From positions 43,865 through 107,864 of the forward strand of contig CAVPZX010000009.1 of NCBI GenBank assembly GCA_963710375.1: DNA of 64,000 nucleotides, in the 5' to 3' direction. Position numbers and translations under genes: made by a program. The DNA comes from Nitrospirota bacterium (GTDB lineage: Bacteria; Nitrospirota; Thermodesulfovibrionia; Thermodesulfovibrionales; Dissulfurispiraceae). This document shows, piece after piece, positions 60,542 to 64,000 of the stretch; position 1 is the stretch's first letter; each line of letters begins with the position of its first letter. The notes beneath the pieces were generated by a model. The model made no database searches and was not told the DNA's origin. It saw only the letters and a program-made list of their open reading frames with translations.

Positions 60542-60686
60542 TGTTGACCGGCGTCGAATTCTGACCAGTATAGGCGTCCAATTCGATCAACTTAATCTTG
60601 AAACGTCACTGTAAATCAAGATGTTATAGATTAGGTGCGTCAATCTTCGGTGCCGATACCGGATCAAAATTGAAAGCCGATTTACA
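60542..60686. mobile_element. 145-bp non-autonomous IS21-like element (both ends, no transposase)
   Basis: TGT...ACA termini; imperfect inverted ends each containing two tandem GGC-x-AA-x-GA units, as in IS21 ends. Confidence 0.6.
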
Positions 60687-60797
60687 ACCACGCAATTATT
60701 ATAAGGTAACTCATTGATATTAAAGCATGAAAGGCATAGAAAGTGGTATATTCTGCGGTTTTTAGGCTAAAATTATAGCCTAAAAAACAAGGAGTTA

Positions 60798-60811
60798 TGG
60801 CGGGGCGGACG
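60798..60811 (-). other. tRNA-Asp-like 3' fragment (candidate att site)
   Basis: Minus strand CGTCCGCCCCGCCA; flanked by an 18-bp inverted repeat. Confidence 0.5.
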
Positions 60812-61175
60812 TTACGCTCAGCAAAACTTTTTAGGCTATAATTTTGGGTTCTTAATGCTTCCTTTGCAGCTTAATAACCCGAAAACAAGCTACTGTTTTT
60901 TAAGAAAAAGTAATGTACTAGCGATCTATTATCCGCTGGTTTTTATTTTCCCGACTGAAGCTTTGGGAGAGAAGTCATGTTAGGGGCTACAGGTCGTGGC
61001 ACCCATCGTACTGCCTCCGTAATTGCTTCAATTATACCGTTCAAGGTTTTCGAAACCCTGCCCCCTACCCCTCTTTCGCTGATTAATGATAATAATTTTA
61101 TAGCCAAGAAAGCAACTGTGCACCATTTGCGCACCAAGTTGGTCCCGATTGCAACCTCAACGGCAGGAGGTTGTG

Positions 61176-61688
61176 ATGAAATTTAACAGAGCATACCTAT
61201 ACCTGACAATTATGCTTGTTCTAATACTGGGGACTATCGCCCTGTCTAAGTGGCTTATTCTCTATGAAAACAAACGTCATATATCTCTGCTATGGGCAAT
61301 AGAGCAGGAGAAAACACTTCACAGCTTAATAAAAGGAATTAATTCTTATAGGAATGAACATAATGGAGATTGCCCTGCACAAAAAACTGCGGGACCTATA
61401 GGCAAAAACAAAACACTCTCTAAGTCCCTCGGCCAAGAATTGCAAGATGTTGGTAATTGGACTTACCAATGTGATCCAACAGGCAAAAAGGAAGACACTC
61501 TCATGATTGTTATTTCTTGTCAAAATGCGCCTAATTTCGACGCAATGGAAATTCTTAAAGATGAAATAATTACTGATGTGAGATTGGTCCCTGCATACAG
61601 ATGGTGGCGACTTCAAAATGAAAGTCCTCTTGTATCGAGAAGGCAAAAAACTGTTACAATGAATTTTACAAATATTATATGCAACTAA
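61176..61688 (+). CDS. Hypothetical protein with N-terminal membrane anchor
   Basis: AGGAGG RBS, one TM segment, AT-rich. Confidence 0.65.
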   Translation: MKFNRAYLYLTIMLVLILGTIALSKWLILYENKRHISLLWAIEQEKTLHSLIKGINSYRNEHNGDCPAQKTAGPIGKNKTLSKSLGQELQDVGNWTYQCDPTGKKEDTLMIVISCQNAPNFDAMEILKDEIITDVRLVPAYRWWRLQNESPLVSRRQKTVTMNFTNIICN

Positions 61689-61862
61689 ATAATATGTGCA
61701 CGAGAATCAAAAATATTCAGACCGCCTCCTCAAAGGAAAATCCACCTTCATGCCGCATGAGTTAAGGGGAATCAATGCTCCCCTCAGCACATTGATGTCT
61801 CTCTGATCTTTCCCTGCTACCTGCGGCCTCACTTATGTTTGGTATCCCATGCACATCGATTG

Positions 61863-62804
61863 TTATTTTGTATCCGGCGGTTCAAGTTTAAGACATTCAT
61901 CAATCATACATTGTATGTCGTCACGATTTGAAATACCTAATTGTTTGGCTTTCCCAAGTACAAGTTGTTCACAAAATTTATCTTTACGTATAACATTACT
62001 ACTGATGAACTGAAGGTGAAATTTGGAATTAATGAAATAGGTTATCACGATTAAAAATAAAACAGTTATTATGTTTATTATGGCATGCCGTCTTTTAATG
62101 TAATGATCAAGATAATTTACTAACGGATAAATTATCGCATAACAAAAAAGTATTAAACCACAGATCGCCAGGAATGCACCTATATAAATATCCGTTCGAC
62201 TGGGAAAATATGCATTATTCCCTGCAACCATTCTATTTAGGATAATTAGAGAGACCGCCGATATAAATAAATTAAGCACCGAGTAACATCGCATGCCTTG
62301 ATAAAAAATCAAATAATGAAATTTACGTTCTTTGAAGATCAGTGCGACGCTAATTAATAAAGCAAGGACAAAGCTAAAAATAAATGCCTGACCACCAAAC
62401 ATGAGAATTGAATAAACTGGATTGAACATAGGGAAAAGATCTATCTTAAAAAACGAAGGGAAAACATATTTAATAATAGCAGCAAACACTCCGACCAACG
62501 ATATAGAGTCAATACTGTCTCGAAGTGAATACCTAAGAGTATTTTTTGAGATTGCGATTTGTTTGATAATCGGATCTTTTAAAAAAATATATATTCTCTT
62601 ATAAAAATCATAAAAAGGGAGTCCCTTAAGAGCTATTAATGAAGGTATTTTAATGTTGTCCGTTTTAACAAATTTGTTTTTATATATAATCACCGCTGTG
62701 ATTAACCCGTTTCCAACCTTTTTGCATCCTTTCCAAAATAAATCTACATCAAACAAACTCCACCACCACTTTCCCGTAACCGTCAGATTGCACGTACCGG
62801 GCAA
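61863..62804 (-). CDS. Hypothetical multi-pass membrane protein (start uncertain)
   Basis: Long open frame in very AT-rich DNA; about 5 hydrophobic segments. Confidence 0.6.
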   Translation of the reverse strand: MPGTCNLTVTGKWWWSLFDVDLFWKGCKKVGNGLITAVIIYKNKFVKTDNIKIPSLIALKGLPFYDFYKRIYIFLKDPIIKQIAISKNTLRYSLRDSIDSISLVGVFAAIIKYVFPSFFKIDLFPMFNPVYSILMFGGQAFIFSFVLALLISVALIFKERKFHYLIFYQGMRCYSVLNLFISAVSLIILNRMVAGNNAYFPSRTDIYIGAFLAICGLILFCYAIIYPLVNYLDHYIKRRHAIINIITVLFLIVITYFINSKFHLQFISSNVIRKDKFCEQLVLGKAKQLGISNRDDIQCMIDECLKLEPPDTK

Positions 62805-62930
62805 TGTAGTCTTTTACCCCTATCCATCGTTGCAAGTTGCTACTCTGTGCTAACGACCAGTTTATGATACCAAGGATTTGAGGAAATAGGGTGACACTCC
62901 AAGTTTAGGAAAACGAAAGGAGTGTCATTG

Positions 62931-64000
62931 ATGGAACAAGTTAAGAGTTTACAAAGAGGCAGTGCAAAGAAGAAGGTTCCAGCCAGAAGCAGGCGTTACG
63001 GAGCCGACTTTAAGCTTCAAGTAGTCAAGAAGTTCCTTGAGGAGAGCGTCCCTATTGAGGTGATCCGGCAGGAATGCGGGATTAGCATTAATTCGGTAAG
63101 ACGCTGGGTGCGCGCATATCGTAGTGAAGGTGAGGCTGGCCTTGCAATAAGACGCAATGGCAATGGGCGCGGACTTCCCTCTCCTGTGAAGCAGAAGATT
63201 GTCGAACTCAAAGAAGCCAACCCACTGTTCGGTATTAAGCGCATTTCGCAACTTCTAAAGAGAGCGTTTTTTCTTACCGCCAGCCCTGAGACGGTTCGTA
63301 AGACTCTGCACTCCGAATCTCTAATGACTGCCCCACCCAAGAAGCGGCAGCGCAATATCACCCGCCCCCGGTTTTTCGAGCGCTCAACCCCGAACCAGCT
63401 TTGGCAGACGGACATCTTTACGTTTCGCCTTGGGGGCCGATATGCGTTTCTGATCGGCTTTATCGACGATTATTCCCGTTATATAACGGGGTTGGAGCTT
63501 TTTAGGAGCCAGACAGCACAGAATGTAATTGAAGTGTATCGCCGGGCGGCCTCCGAGTACAACCCACCTAAAGAGATGCTCACGGACAATGGGAGGCAGT
63601 ACACGAGCTGGCGCGGCAACAGCCGTTTTGAGCTGGAGTTGAAGAAAGACAAAATCCATCACATCAAATCACGGCCTCACCATCCTATGACGTTAGGCAA
63701 AATCGAGCGGTTCTGGAAAACGATCTTTGTGGAGTTCCTAAGCCGGGCCCAGTTCGGGAGCTTTGAGGATGCAGTAGAGCGGATACGGCAGTGGGTGAAA
63801 TATTATAACCACAAAAGGCCCCATCAGGGGATCGGCGGCCTGTGTCCTGCGGACCGGTATTTTGAGATACAAAGCGAGCTTAGAAAGACCATCGAGCAGG
63901 GCATCCAGGACAACCTTCTTGAGATGGCGCTAAGAGGTAAACCGCGCCTGCCGTTTTACATGGTGGGCCGCATGGAGGGTCAGTCGGTGGTGTTGCGGGC
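62931..64000 (+). mobile_element. IS481-family DDE transposase, 3'-truncated by the window edge (absent from the ORF track)
   Basis: Manual translation: N-terminal HTH, PNQLWQTDIF, IDDYSR, LTDNGRQY, GKIERFWKT, YNHKRPHQGIGG. Confidence 0.9.

Noticed and set aside
61044..61138. Second tRNA-like 3' remnant (TTCGAAACCCTGCCCCCTACC) and GCACCA repeats
   Set aside because: The match is loose and lacks CCA; it cannot be distinguished from chance.
62949..63662. Minus-strand ORFs in the track
   Set aside because: They are antisense shadows of the + strand IS481 transposase. Most other short overlapping track ORFs are likewise shadows.

Overview
Bacterial chromosomal segment from an anaerobe; gene content and style suggest Nitrospirota (Thermodesulfovibrionia-like) or a deltaproteobacterium-like lineage, which is an inference. 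1-23 kb is mostly core genes: a NuoF-GltD fusion with a selenocysteine formate dehydrogenase, hpt, queD, pmbA, acyl-CoA dehydrogenase, hemerythrin-rrf2, phasin-ubiB, alaS, recX-recA-thpR-pgpA, acyl-CoA synthetase, queE, and a selenium-linked cluster (AhpD/CMD, Sec radical SAM, YedF). Its intergenic gaps hold at least 8 inverted arrays of 6-7-bp tandem repeats. 23-35 kb holds two regulatory modules. One is a heme-c sensor kinase plus sigma54 activator beside a sigma54-driven operon (chimeric ORF, TauE, ClC). The other is an OmpR/CusRS-like pair whose promoter box is duplicated upstream of an RSPP-ending leader ORF, a catalytically decayed IS3-like ORF and degP. 35-59 kb has ppdK, bioB, nucleotide and cell-wall recycling genes, chemotaxis genes and many two-component proteins. 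59-64 kb is an island edge: DinJ-YafQ, an IS21-like miniature element, a tRNA-Asp 3' fragment, AT-rich orphans and an IS481 transposase. All five frameshifts found (fdhA, ubiB, recA, nagA, MCP) are 1-nt insertions that restore CAGCT(G/C) when removed. This points to motif-specific sequencing error, probably from DNA methylation, rather than true pseudogenes. No rRNA, intact tRNA or CRISPR array was seen.
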